Of a DNA stretch of 64,000 nucleotides, positions 12,896 through 27,000 are shown one piece after another. Both the position numbers and the translations under genes were made by a program. This stretch comes from Macrostomum lignano. Its lineage: Eukaryota. Where the stretch lies: contig NIVC01000074.1 in assembly GCA_002269645.1 (NCBI GenBank), forward strand, positions 67,186 through 131,185, written 5' to 3'. Position 1 is the first letter of the stretch. Each line of letters opens with the position of its first letter. Under the pieces are notes generated by a model. The model was not told the DNA's origin and searched no databases. It was given only the letters and a program-made list of their open reading frames with translations.

Positions 12896-13680
12896 TAGAT
12901 AAATAAAGGTAAATATCAACATGAAGTTAGTTATTTATTTATTTGAGTTGCCGATGCATTTCGTCCATTGCATTAGGACATCGTCAGGGTCTTTTTATTT
13001 AAGAAACAATTTGAACGAATATTCAGTATATATAGATAGTTGAGAGTAACAAGAGTAGTTGAATTGAGTTTTTAATTGATGGTTTAAAACTTGTACATAG
13101 TAATCAATTTTTTGATGCAGTATTGGTTGGGTAAAGTGCATATCAGTTTCAAGCCAGTCCGGTCATTGACAAATCAGCTAAAAAATTCTGAGTTGACGGC
13201 TAGCCCCACCCATCGCAAGTTGGTTATTTAACGTGGGCTGTTTGGTCTTAATGTACAGGGCTTCTAATAGGCAGAGCATGTGATCTCTATTACAAAAATC
13301 AATAGCCTTTATCATTTCGTGCGGTTCAGCCTCACAACAGGAATTGCAGGTTAGCAGGTGTTCGTTAATAGCAGAGTTTTTTAGCCAGTGCTCTCTGACC
13401 CTCGTGTATAAGTGTCGTTTAGTTTTTCCTATGTAGGAGATGCTCTGGTCCTCAGAGCAAACAAATTTATACTCGACACCAGCCGCGAGAGGACGTGGAA
13501 CAATGGATTTCAACTTGCAGACAAACTTAGCAATCTTTTCGGTGCGAAACAAAACACGGATTTGAGTGTTTAAGTCTTTACGTAGTTTTTAAACCATCAA
13601 TTAAAAACTCGATTCAACTACTCTTGTTACTCTCAACTACCTATATATACTGAATATTCGTTCAAATTGTTTCTTAAATA
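12896..13680 (-). mobile_element. Penelope-like element 3' remnant: GIY-YIG endonuclease fragment (13178-13552), pLTR (12896-13090), and an inverted pLTR copy (13585-13680, continuing at 14341-14442)
   Basis: ORF GVEYKFVC...YIGKTKRHLYTRVREH...LLEALYIKTKQPTLN is a GIY-YIG pattern. 12896-12997 is the reverse complement of 14341-14442, and 12996-13090 is nearly the reverse complement of 13585-13680. Confidence 0.8.
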
Positions 13681-14340
13681 CACTCAGCAACATTTAAAAC
13701 GCAACACTCTAACTAGAAGAAAAATCAACTCACTCAGAAGAGTCAAAGCGCATAGTCTATGGTTCAAATCGAGCTTCAGAAACGCGTGTAGCCTCCTCTC
13801 GCAAGTAACAGGGCGTTGACTCGACGTGGCATTCCCAGAACAAGGCGTCGAAAAAAGTCCTGGGGAATTTCCTGCCACGCGTTAGCAACAGCATTTCGCA
13901 GTTCAGCGACTGTCTGCGGCGGATTCTGCCGTTGAACACTCCGCTTGATAAAGTCCCAGACATGTTCAATTGGGTTCATATGGTGAAGCACCGTACCTTT
14001 TCTCGCGTGAGCCACGCTTCCAGTGGCTCTGCTCTTCTGTAGCAGACGTAAAACTGTTGAAGGCGACCTCCCGAAGTGGTTCGCAACTGTTCGAAGAGTA
14101 CAACCTGCTTCCAACATTCCGACTGCTCGCCATCTTTCCGCGTCTGTCATCTGTTGAACCATTCTCTCAGCTGGATCACTCTATCTGAAAACAGTCCATA
14201 GTCATCGCCCTGTTCCTTGCGAGAGGAAGCTACACGCGTTTCTGAAGCTCGATTTGAACCATAGACTATGCGCTTTGACTCTTCTGAGTGAGTTGATTTT
14301 TCTTCTAGTTAGAGTGTTGCGTTTTAAATGTTGCTGAGTG
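13681..14340 (-). mobile_element. Internally deleted Tc1-like DNA transposon, 660 bp, ~140-bp TIRs, TA target duplication
   Basis: TA|CACTCAGCAAC...GTTGCTGAGTG|TA; removing it restores the pLTR copy. The internal ORF (13776-14162) joins the HTH N-terminus to NPIEHVW...MPRRVNALLLARGGYTRF. Confidence 0.92.
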
Positions 14341-14348
14341 TAAAAAGA

Positions 14349-14387
14349 CCCTGACGATGTCCTAATGCAATGGACGAAATGCATCGG
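14349..14387 (+). ncRNA. Candidate minimal type I hammerhead ribozyme in the Penelope pLTR (second copy on the minus strand at ~12951-12989)
   Basis: CC-CTGACGA-T-GTCC(taatgcaat)GGAC-GAAA-TGCA-TC-GG: core boxes, 4-bp stem II, palindromic ATGCAT stem III. Stem I has only 2 pairs and there is an extra nucleotide before stem II. Confidence 0.45.
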
Positions 14388-15056
14388 CAACTCAAATAAA
14401 TAAATAACTAACTTCATGTTGATATTTACCTTTATTTATCTACTCTTCATCAAGCGAGCCACTTTACCTGAAAGCCAAACTGTTTATAGGCCTGGCTGCG
14501 GCTGAAGCATCGATCATCCTTGTTCTCTCTTGCACTCTTGAGAGATTTAGGGTGTTGATCGATCGACAATTTTTCCCCTCATCCAAAGAGCGGTCTGCTT
14601 AGCAATTAAATGTTGTTTAAGACAGTCGAGGAAAATAGAGAAAATAATATACACGGAATTTTTCGCAGTATTGCCTTTGTGGTACAACAATAAATATTCC
14701 TGGCCAAAAATTATAAATAAATAATGCTAAGCGCACGACGCTGTTGTGCATCCAGATGTATAAAGGTAAGTGGATAATTGTTGAAGTAAAGAACATCTAG
14801 GTCATCGCATACAATATCCAAGGTTCGGACTACCGAGCGTGTTTGTCGTGCCTAGTTGTCTGCCTATCTGCCTATCTAAAAATCTATACTTTAACTACGT
14901 GTTAACTAGCATTAAGCTATTCTATAGTACTGTCTATGTGTCTTATCTTTCGATTTCAACACAAAAAGTGCATAGATTCCAGGAATGGCTTGTCTTAGTG
15001 AATGTTTTAAGCTTGGTTTCCATTTAAATCGAGCTAATATAGTGTCTAATTAAGAT

Positions 15057-18000
15057 ATGCTCACCAAGATTATGAAGAACCTGTTTAGCATAGGAATCCT
15101 ACTGTCGATTTTGACCGTTGAGTTTATCGATGCCATTTTAGATCGTCAACAGCAGCTAAGCTTTCTGAATGAGCACAACCGATTCCGAGAATTGGCATAT
15201 CCGACTGCATCAAGGATGCTCTATTTGGTCAGTATTTTAGACGCTACGTGTCTAATCAGTGCTTATTTTATCAGATCATGATAGAATCAGTGCTTGTATC
15301 AGTGTCTAATCAGTGCTTGGATCAGTGTCTAATCAGTGCTTGGATCAGTGTCTAATCAGTGCTTGGATCAGTGTCTAATCAGTGCTTGGATCAGTGTCTC
15401 ATCAGTGCTTGGATCAGTGTCTAATCAGTGCTTGTATCAGTGTCTAATCAGTGCTTGGATCAGTGTCTCATCAGTGCTTGGATCAGTGTCTAATAAGTGC
15501 TTGGACCAGTGTCTAATCAGTGCTTGGATCAGTGTCTCATCAGTGCTTGGATCAGTGTCTAATCAGTGCTTGGACCAGTGTCTAATCAGTGCTTCGACCA
15601 GTGTCTAATCAGTGCTTGGACCAGTGTCTAATCAGTGCTTGGATCAGTGTCTAATCAGTGCTTGTATCAGTGTCTAATCAGTGCTTGGATCAGTGTCTAA
15701 TCAGTGCTTGTATCAGTGTCTAATCAGTGCTTGGATCAGTGTCTCATCAGTGCTTGTATCAGTGTCTCATCAGTGCTTGGATCAGTGTCTAATCAGTGCT
15801 TGTATCAGTGTCTAATCAGTGCTTGGATCAGTGTCTAATCAGTGCTTGGATCAGTGTCTAATCAGTGCTTGGATCAGTGTCTAATCAGTGCTTGGATCAG
15901 TGTCTAATCAGTGCTTGGATCAGTGTCTCATCAGTGCTTGGACCAGTGTCTAATCAGTGCTTGGATCAGTGTCTAATCAGTGCTTGGACCAGTGTCTAAT
16001 CAGTGCTTGGATCAGTGTCTAATCAGTGCTTGGATCAGTGTCTAATCAGTGCTTGGATCAGTGTCTAATCAGTGCTTGGACCAGTGTCTAATCAGTGCTT
16101 GGATCAGTGTCTCATCAGTGCTTGGATCAGTGTCTAATCAGTGCTTGGATCAGTGTCTAATCAGTGCTTGGATCAGTGTCTAATCAGTGCTTGGACCAGT
16201 GTCTAATCAGTGCTTGGATCAGTGTCTAATCAGTGCTTGGATCAGTGACTCATCAGTGCTTGGATCAGTGTCTAATCAGTGCTTGGATCAGTGTCTAATC
16301 AGTGCTTGGACCAGTGTCTAATCAGTGCTTGGATCAGTGTCTCATCAGTGCTTGGACCAGTGTCTAATCAGTGCTTGGATCAGTGTCTAATCAGTGCTTG
16401 GATCAGTGTCTCATCAGTGCTTGGATCAGTGTCTAATCAGTGCTTATTTTATCAGATCATGATATAATCAGTGCTTGGATCAGTGTCTAATCAGTGCTTG
16501 GATCAGTGTCTAATCAGTGCTTGGATCAGTGTCTAATCAGTGCTTGGATCAGTGTCTAATCAGTGCTTGGATCAGTGTCTAATCAGTGCTTGGATCAGTG
16601 TCTAATCAGTGCTTGGATCAGTGTCTAATCAGTGCTTGGATCAGTGTCTAATCAGTGCTTGGATCAGTGTCTAATAAGTGGTGGGATCAGTGTCTCATCA
16701 GTGCTTGGATCAGTGTCTAATCAGTGCTTGTATCAGTGTCTAATCAGTGCTTGGATCAGTGTCTAATCAGTGCTTGGATCAGTGTCTAATAAGTGCTTGG
16801 ATCAGTGTCTCATCAGTGCTTGGATCAGTGTCTAATCAGTGCTTGGACCAGTGTCTAATCAGTGCTTGGACCAGTGTCTCATCAGTGCTTGGATCAGTGT
16901 CTAATCAGTGCTTGAACCGGTGTCTAATCAGTGCTTGGACCAGTTTCTAATCAGTGCTTGGATCAGTGTCTAATCAGTGCTTGGATAAGTGTCTAATCAG
17001 TGCTTGGATCAGTGTCTCATCAGTGCTTGGACCAGTGTCTAATCAGTGCTTGGATCAGTGTCTAATCAGTGCTTGGACCAGTGTCTAATCAGTGCTTGGA
17101 CCAGTGTCTAATCAGTGCTTGGATCAGTGTCTAATCAGTGCTTGAACCAGTGTCTAATCAGTGCTTGGATCAGTGTCTAATCAGTGCTTGGACCAGTGTC
17201 TAATCAGTGCTTGGATCAGTGTCTAATCAGTGCTTGGATCAGTGTCTAATCAGTGCTTGGATCAGTGTCTAATCAGTGCTTGGATCAGTGTCTAATCAGT
17301 GCTTGGACCAGTGTCTAATCAGTGCTTGGATCAGTGTCTCATCAGTGCTTGGATCAGTGTCTAATCAGTGCTTGGATCAGTGTCTAATCAGTGCTTGGAC
17401 CAGTGTCTAATCAGTGCTTGGACCAGTGTCTAATCAGTGCTTGGATCAGTGTCTAATCAGTGCTTGGACCAGTGTCTAATCAGTGCTTGGATCAGTGTCT
17501 AATCAGTGCTTGGACCAGTGTCTAATCAGTGCTTGGATCAGTGTCTAATCAGTGCTTGGATCAGTGTCTAATCAGTGCTTGGATTAGTGTCTCATCAGTG
17601 CTTGGATCAGTGTCTAATCAGTGCTTGTATCAGTGTCTAATCAGTGCTTGGATCAGTGTCTAATCAGTGCTTGTATCAGTGTCTAATCAGTGCTTGGATC
17701 AGTGTCTCATCAGTGCTTGTATCAGTGTCTCATCAGTGCTTGGATCAGTGTCTAATCAGTGCTTGTATCAGTGTCTAATCAGTGCTTGGATCAGTGTCTA
17801 ATCAGTGCTTGGATCAGTGTCTAATCAGTGCTTGGATCAGTGTCTAATCAGTGCTTGGATCAGTGTCTCATCAGTGCTTGGACCAGTGTCTAATCAGTGC
17901 TTGGATCAGTGTCTAATCAGTGCTTGTACCAGTGTCTAATCAGTGCTTGGATCAGTGTCTAATCAGTGCTTGGATCAGTGTCTAATCAGTGCTTGGACCA

Positions 18001-21000
18001 GTTTCTAATCAGTGCTTGGATCAGTGTCTAATCAGTGCTTGGATCAGTGTCTAATCAGTGCTTGGATCAGTGTCTAATCAGTGCTTGGATCAGTGTCTAA
18101 TCAGTGCTTGGATCAGTGTCTCATCAGTGCTTGGATCAGTGTCTAATCAGTGCTTGGATCAGTGTCTAATGAGTGCTTGGATCAGTGTCTAATCAGTGCT
18201 TGGATCAGTGTTTAATCAGTGCTTGGACCAGTGTCTAATCAGTGCTTGGATCAGTGTCTAATCAGTGCTTGGATCAGTGTCTCATCAGTGCTTGGATCAG
18301 TGTCTAATCAGTGCTTATTTTATCAGATCATGATATAATCAGTGCTTGGACCAGTGTCTAATCAGTGCTTGGATCAGTGTCTAATCAGTGCTTGGATCAG
18401 TGTCTAATCAGTGCTTGGATCAGTGTCTAATCAGTGCTTGGATCAGTGTCTAATCAGTGCTTGGATCAGTGTCTAATAAGTGGTGGGATCAGTGTCTCAT
18501 CAGTGCTTGGATCAGTGTCTAATCAGTGCTTGTATCAGTGTCTAATCAGTGCTTGGATCAGTGTCTAATCAGTGCTTGGATCAGTGTCTAATCAGTGCTT
18601 GGATCAGTGTCTCATCAGTGCTTGGATCAGTGTCTAATCAGTGCTTGGACCAGTGTCTCATCAGTGCTTGGACCAGTGTCTCATCAGTGCTTGGATCAGT
18701 GTCTAATCAGTGCTTTAACCGGTGTCTAATCAGTGCTTGGACCAGTTTCTAATCAGTGCTTGGATCAGTGTCTAATCAGTGCTTGGACCAGTGTCTAATC
18801 AGTGCTTGGATCAGTGTCTAATCAGTGCTTGGATCAGTGTCTAATCAGTGCTTGGATCAGTGTCTAATCAGTGCTTGGACCAGTGTCTAATCAGTGCTTG
18901 GATCAGTGTCTAATCAGTGCTTGGACCAGTGTCTAATCAGTGCTTGGATCAGTGTCTAATCAGTGCTTGGATCAGTGTCTAATCAGTGCTTGGACCAGTG
19001 TCTAATCAGTGCTTGGATCAGTGTCTAATCAGTGCTTGGATCAGTGTCTAATCAGTGCTTGGATCAGTGTCTAATCAGTGCTTGGATCAGTGTCTAATCA
19101 GTGCTTGGATCAGTGTTTAATCAGTGCTTGGATCAGTGTCTAATCAGTGCTTGGACCAGTGTCTAATCAGTGCTTGGATCAGTGTCTAATCAGTGCTTGG
19201 ATCAGTGTCTAATCAGTGCTTGGACCGGTGTCTAATCAGTGCTTGTATCAGTGTCTAATCAGTGCTTGGATCAGTGTCTAATCAGTGCTTGGATCAGTGT
19301 CTAATAAGTGCTTGGATCAGTGTCTCATCAGTGCTTGGATCAGTGTCTAATCAGTGCTTGGACCAGTGTCTAATCAGTGCTTGGACCAGTGTCTCATCAG
19401 TGCTTGGATCAGTGTCTAATCAGTGCTTGAACCAGTGTCTAATCAGTGCTTGGACCAGTTTCTAATCAGTGCTTGGATCAGTGTCTAATCAGTGCTTGGA
19501 TAAGTGTCTAATCAGTGCTTGGATCAGTGTCTCATCAGTGCTTGGACCAGTGTCTAATCAGTGCTTGGACCAGTGTCTAATCAGTGCTTGGATCAGTGTC
19601 TCATCAGTGCTTGGACCAGTGTCTAATCAGTGCTTGGATCAGTGTCTAATCAGTGCTTGGATCAGTGTCTCATCAGTGCTTGGATCAGTGTCTAATCAGT
19701 GCTTATTTTATCAGATCATGTATAATCAGTGCTTGGACCAGTGTCTAATCAGTGCTTGGATCAGTGTCTAATCAGTGCTTGGATCAGTGTCTAATCAGTG
19801 CTTGGATCAGTGTCTAATCAGTGCTTGGATCAGTGTCTAATCAGTGCTTGGATCAGTGTCTAATCAGTGCTTGGATCAGTGTCTAATCAGTGCTTGGATC
19901 AGTGTCTAATCAGTGCTTGGATCAGTGTCTAATCAGTGCTTGATCAGTGTCTAATCAGTGCTTGGATCAGTGTCTAATCAGTGCTTGGACCAGTGTCTAA
20001 TCAGTGCTTGGATCAGTGTCTAATCAGTGCTTGGACCAGTGTCTAATCAGTGCTTGGACCAGTGTCTAATCAGTGCTTGGATCAGTGTCTCATCAGTGCT
20101 TGGATCAGTGCTTGGACCAGTGTCTAATCAGTGCTTGGATCAGTGTCTCATCAGTGCTTGGATCAGTGTCTAATCAGTGCTTGGATCAGTGTCTAATCAG
20201 TGCTTGGATCAGTGTCTAATCAGTGCTTGGATCAGTGTCTAATCAGTGCTTGGATCAGTGTCTAATCAGTGCTTGGATCAGTGTCTAATCAGTGCTTGGA
20301 TCAGTGTCTAATCAGTGCTTGGATCAGTGTCTAATCAGTGCTTGGATCAGTGTCTAATCAGTGCTTGGATCAGTGTCTAATCAGTGCTTGGATCAGTGTC
20401 TAATCAGTGCTTGGATCAGTGTCTAATCAGTGCTTGGATCAGTGTCTAATCAGTGCTTGGATCAGTGTCTAATCAGTGCTTGGATCAGTGTCTAATCAGT
20501 GCTTGGATCAGTGTCTAATCAGTGCTTGGATCAGTGTCTAATCAGTGCTTGGATCAGTGTCTAATCAGTGCTTGGATCAGTGTCTAATCAGTGCTTGGAT
20601 CAGTGTCTAATCAGTGCTTGGATCAGTGTCTAATCAGTGCTTGGATCAGTGTCTAATCAGTGCTTGGATCAGTGTCTAATCAGTGCTTGGATCAGTGTCT
20701 AATCAGTGCTTGGATCAGTGTCTAATCAGTGCTTGGATCAGTGTCTAATCAGTGCTTGGATCAGTGTCTAATCAGTGCTTGGATCAGTGTCTAATCAGTG
20801 CTTGGATCAGTGTCTAATCAGTGCTTGGATCAGTGTCTAATCAGTGCTTGGATCAGTGTCTAATCAGTGCTTGGATCAGTGTCTAATCAGTGCTTGGATC
20901 AGTGTCTAATCAGTGCTTGGATCAGTGTCTAATCAGTGCTTGGATCAGTGTCTAATCAGTGCTTGGATCAGTGTCTAATCAGTGCTTGGATCAGTGTCTA

Positions 21001-24000
21001 ATCAGTGCTTGGATCAGTGTCTAATCAGTGCTTGGATCAGTGTCTAATCAGTGCTTGGATCAGTGTCTAATCAGTGCTTGGATCAGTGTCTAATCAGTGC
21101 TTGGATCAGTGTCTAATCAGTGCTTATCAGTCTAATCAGTGCTTGGACCAGTGTCTAATCAGTGCTTGGATCAGTGTCTAATCAGTGCTTGGATCAGTGT
21201 CTAATCAGTGCTTGGATCAGTGTCTAATCAGTGCTTGGATCAGTGTCTAATCAGTGCTTGGATCAGTGTCTAATCAGTGCTTGGATCAGTGTCTAATCAG
21301 TGCTTGGATCAGTGTCTAATCAGTGCTTGGATCAGTGTCTAATCAGTGCTTGGATCAGTGTCTAATCAGTGCTTGGATCAGTGTCTAATCAGTGCTTGGA
21401 TCAGTGTCTAATCAGTGCTTGGATCAGTGTCTAATCAGTGCTTGGACAGTGTCTAATCAGTGCTTGGATCAGTGTCTAATCAGTGCTTGGATCAGTGTCT
21501 AATCAGTGCTTGAAGTGTCTAATCAGTGCTTGGATCAGTGTCTAATCAGTGCTTGGATCAGTGTCTAATCAGTGCTTGGACAGTGTCTAATCAGTGCTTG
21601 GATCAGTGTCTAATCAGTGCTTGGATCAGTGTCTAATCAGTGCTTGGATCAGTGTCTAATCAGTGCTTGGATCAGTGTCTAATCAGTGCTTGGATCAGTG
21701 TCTAATCAGTGCTTGGATCAGTGTCTAATCAGTGCTTGGACCAGTGTCTAATCAGTGCTTGGATCAGTGTCTAATCAGTGCTTGGATCAGTGTCTAATCA
21801 GTGCTTGGATCAGTGTCTAATCAGTGCTTGGATCAGTGTCTAATCAGTGCTTGGATCAGTGTCTAATCAGTGCTTGGATCAGTGTCTAATCAGTGCTTGG
21901 ATCAGTGTCTAATCAGTGCTTGGATCAGTGTCTAATCAGTGCTTGGATCAGTGTCTAATCAGTGCTTGGATCAGTGTCTAATCAGTGCTTGGATCAGTGT
22001 CTAATCAGTGCTTGATCAGTGTCTAATCAGTGCTTGGATCAGTGTCTAATCAGTGCTTGGATCAGTGTCTAATCAGTGCTTGGATCAGTGTCTAATCAGT
22101 GCTTGGATCAGTGTCTAATCAGTGCTTGGATCAGTGTCTAATCAGTGCTTGGATCAGTGTCTAATCAGTGCTTGGATCAGTGTCTAATCAGTGCTTGGAT
22201 CAGTGTCTAATCAGTGCTTGGATCAGTGTCTAATCAGTGCTTGGACCAGTGTCTAATCAGTGCTTGGATCAGTGTCTAATCAGTGCTTGGACAGTGTCTA
22301 ATCAGTGCTTGGATCAGTGTCTAATCAGTGCTTGGATCAGTGTCTAATCAGTGCTTGGATCAGTGTCTAATCAGTGCTTGGATCAGTGTCTAATCAGTGC
22401 TTGGATCAGTGTCTAATCAGTGCTTGGATCAGTGTCTAATCAGTGCTTGGATCAGTGTCTAATCAGTGCTTGGATCAGTGTCTAATCAGTGCTTGGATCA
22501 GTGTCTAATCAGTGCTTGGATCAGTGTCTAATCAGTGCTTGGATCAGTGTCTAATCAGTGCTTGGATCAGTGTCTAATCAGTGCTTGGATCAGTGTCTAA
22601 TCAGTGCTTGGATCAGTGTCTAATCAGTGCTTGGATCAGTGTCTAATCAGTGCTTGGATCAGTGTCTAATCAGTGCTTGGATCAGTGTCTAATCAGTGCT
22701 TGGATCAGTGTCTAATCAGTGCTTGGATCAGTGTCTAATCAGTGCTTGGATCAGTGTCTAATCAGTGCTTGGATCAGTGTCTAATCAGTGCTTGGATCAG
22801 TGTCTAATCAGTGCTTGGATCAGTGTCTAATCAGTGCTTGGATCAGTGTCTAATCAGTGCTTGGATCAGTGTCTAATCAGTGCTTGGATCAGTGTCTAAT
22901 CAGTGCTTGTCAGTGTCTAATCAGTGCTTGGATCAGTGTCTAATCAGTGCTTGGATCAGTGTCTAATCAGTGCTTGGATCAGTGTCTAATCAGTGCTTGG
23001 ATCAGTGTCTAATCAGTGCTTGGATCAGTGTCTAATCAGTGCTTGGATCAGTGTCTAATCAGTGCTTGGATCAGTGTCTAATCAGTGCTTGGATCAGTGT
23101 CTAATCAGTGCTTGGATCAGTGTCTAATCAGTGCTTGGATCAGTGTCTAATCAGTGCTTGGATCAGTGTCTAATCAGTGCTTGGATCAGTGTCTAATCAG
23201 TGCTTGGATCAGTGTCTAATCAGTGCTTGGATCAGTGTCTAATCAGTGCTTGGATCAGTGTCTAATCAGTGCTTGGATCAGTGTCTAATCAGTGCTTATC
23301 AGTGTCTAATCAGTGCTTGGACCAGTGTCTAATCAGTGCTTGGATCAGTGTCTAATCAGTGCTTGGATCAGTGTCTAATCAGTGCTTGGATCAGTGTCTA
23401 ATCAGTGCTTGGATCAGTGTCTAATCAGTGCTTGGATCAGTGTCTAATCAGTGCTTGGATCAGTGTCTAATCAGTGCTTGGATCAGTGTCTAATCAGTGC
23501 TTGGATCAGTGTCTAATCAGTGCTTGGATCAGTGTCTAATCAGTGCTTGGATCAGTGTCTAATCAGTGCTTGGATCAGTGTCTAATCAGTGCTTGGATCA
23601 GTGTCTAATCAGTGCTTGGACCAGTGTCTAATCAGTGCTTGGACCAGTGTCTAATCAGTGCTTGGATCAGTGTCTAATCAGTGCTTGGAAGTGTCTAATC
23701 AGTGCTTGGACAGTGTCTAATCAGTGCTTGGATCAGTGTCTAATCAGTGCTTGGACCAGTGTCTAATCAGTGCTTGGATCAGTGTCTAATCAGTGCTTGG
23801 ATCAGTGTCTAATCAGTGCTTGGATCAGTGTCTAATCAGTGCTTGGATCAGTGTCTAATCAGTGCTTGGATCAGTGTCTAATCAGTGCTTGGATCAGTGT
23901 CTAATCAGTGCTTGGACCAGTGTCTAATCAGTGCTTGGATCAGTGTCTAATCAGTGCTTGGATCAGTGTCTAATCAGTGCTTGGATCAGTGTCTAATCAG

Positions 24001-27000
24001 TGCTTGGATCAGTGTCTAATCAGTGCTTGGATCAGTGTCTAATCAGTGCTTGGATCAGTGTCTAATCAGTGCTTGGATCAGTGTCTAATCAGTGCTTGGA
24101 TCAGTGTCTAATCAGTGCTTGGACCAGTGTCTAATCAGTGCTTGGACAGTGTCTAATCAGTGCTTGGATCAGTGTCTAATCAGTGCTTGAAGTGTCTAAT
24201 CAGTGCTTGGACCAGTGTCTAATCAGTGCTTGGATCAGTGTCTAATCAGTGCTTGGATAAGTGTCTAATCAGTGCTTGGATCAGTGTCTAATCAGTGCTT
24301 GGACCAGTGTCTAATCAGTGCTTGGATCAGTGTCTAATCAGTGCTTGGACAGTGTCTAATCAGTGCTTGGACCAGTGTCTAATCAGTGCTTGGATCAGTG
24401 TCTAATCAGTGCTTGGACCAGTGTCTAATCAGTGCTTGGATCAGTGTCTAATCAGTGCTTGGACAGTGTCTAATCAGTGCTTGGATCAGTGTCTAATCAG
24501 TGCTTGGATCAGTGTCTAATCAGTGCTTGGATCAGTGTCTAATCAGTGCTTGGATCAGTGTCTAATCAGTGCTTGGACCAGTGTCTAATCAGTGCTTGGA
24601 TCAGTGTCTAATCAGTGCTTGGATCAGTGTCTAATCAGTGCTTGGATCAGTGTCTAATCAGTGCTTGGATCAGTGTCTAATCAGTGCTTGGATCAGTGTC
24701 TAATCAGTGCTTGGATCAGTGTCTAATCAGTGCTTGGACCAGTGTCTAATCAGTGCTTGGATCAGTGTCTAATCAGTGCTTGGACCAGTGTCTAATCAGT
24801 GCTTGGATCAGTGTCTAATCAGTGCTTGGATCAGTGTCTAATCAGTGCTTGGATCAGTGTCTAATCAGTGCTTGGATCAGTGTCTAATCAGTGCTTGGAT
24901 CAGTGTCTAATCAGTGCTTGGATCAGTGTCTAATCAGTGCTTGGATCAGTGTCTAATCAGTGCTTGGATCAGTGTCTAATCAGTGCTTGGATCAGTGTCT
25001 AATCAGTGCTTGGATCAGTGTCTAATCAGTGCTTGATCAGTGTCTAATCAGTGCTTGGATCAGTGTCTAATCAGTGCTTGGATCAGTGTCTAATCAGTGC
25101 TTGGATCAGTGTCTAATCAGTGCTTGGATCAGTGTCTAATCAGTGCTTGGATCAGTGTCTAATCAGTGCTTGGATCAGTGTCTAATCAGTGCTTGTACCA
25201 GTGTCTAATCAGTGCTTGGATCAGTGTCTAATCAGTGCTTGGATCAGTGTCTAATCAGTGCTTGGACCAGTGTCTAATCAGTGCTTGGATCAGTGTCTAA
25301 TCAGTGCTTGGATCAGTGTCTAATCAGTGCTTGGATCAGTGTCTAATCAGTGCTTGGATCAGTGTCTAATCAGTGCTTGGATCAGTGTCTCATCAGTGCT
25401 TGGATCAGTGTCTAATCAGTGCTTGGATCAGTGTCTCATCAGTGCTTGGACAGTGTCTAATCAGTGCTTGGATCAGTGTCTCATCAGTGCTTGGACCAGT
25501 GTCTAATCAGTGCTTGGATCAGTGTCTAATCAGTGCTTGGATCAGTGTCTCATCAGTGCTTGGATCAGTGTCTAATCAGTGCTTATCAGATCATGATATA
25601 ATCAGTGCTTGGACCAGTGTCTAATCAGTGCTTGGATCAGTGTCTAATCAGTGCTTGGATCAGTGTCTAATCAGTGCTTGGATCAGTGTCTAATCAGTGC
25701 TATGATCAGTGTCTAATCAGTGCTTGGATCAGTGTCTAATCAGTGCTTGGATCAGTGTCTAATCAGTGCTTGGATCAGTGTCTAATCAGTGCTTGGATCA
25801 GTGTCTAATCAGTGCTTGGACCAGTGTCTAATCAGTGCTTGGATCAGTGTCTAATCAGTGCTTGGACAGTGTCTAATCAGTGCTTGGATCAGTGTCTCAG
25901 TGCTTGGACCAGTGTCTAATCAGTGCTTGGATCAGTGTCTAATCAGTGCTTGGATCAGTGTCTCATCAGTGCTTGGATCAGTGTCTAATCAGTGCTTATT
26001 TTATCAGATCATGATATAATCAGTGCTTGGACCAGTGTCTAATCAGTGCTTGGATCAGTGTCTAATCAGTGCTTGGATCAGTGTCTAATCAGTGCTTGGA
26101 TCAGTGTCTAATCAGTGCTTGGACCAGTGTCTAATCAGTGCTTGATCAGTGTCTAATCAGTGCTTGGATCAGTGTCTAATCAGTGCTTGGATCAGTGTCT
26201 AATCAGTGCTTGGATCAGTGTCTAATCAGTGCTTGGACCAGTGTCTAATCAGTGCTTGGATCAGTGTCTAATCAGTGCTTGGACCAGTGTCTAATCAGTG
26301 CTTGGATCAGTGTCTAATCAGTGCTTGGATCAGTGTCTAATCAGTGCTTGGACCAGTGTCTAATCAGTGCTTGGATCAGTGTCTAATCAGTGCTTGGATC
26401 AGTGTCTAATCAGTGCTTGGATCAGTGTCTAATCAGTGCTTGGATCAGTGTCTAATCAGTGCTTGGATCAGTGTCTAATCAGTGCTTGGATCAGTGTCTA
26501 ATCAGTGCTTGGACCAGTGTCTAATCAGTGCTTGGATCAGTGTCTAATCAGTGCTTGGACCAGTGTCTAATCAGTGCTTGGACCAGTGTCTAATCAGTGC
26601 TTGGATCAGTGTCTCATCAGTGCTTGGATCAGTGTCTCATCAGTGCTTGGATCAGTGTCTAATCAGTGCTTGGACCAGTGTCTAATCAGTGCTTGGACAG
26701 TGTCTAATCAGTGCTTGGATCAGTGTCTAATCAGTGCTTGGACCAGTGTCTAATCAGTGCTTGGATCAGTGTCTAATCAGTGCTTGGACCAGTGTCTAAT
26801 CAGTGCTTGGATCAGTGTCTAATCAGTGCTTGGATCAGTGTCTAATCAGTGCTTGGATCAGTGTCTAATCAGTGCTTGGATCAGTGTCTAATCAGTGCTT
26901 GTATCAGTGTCTAATCAGTGCTTGGATCAGTGTCTAATCAGTGCTTGTATCAGTGTCTCATCAGTGCTTGGATCAGTGTCTCATCAGTGCTTGTATCAGT

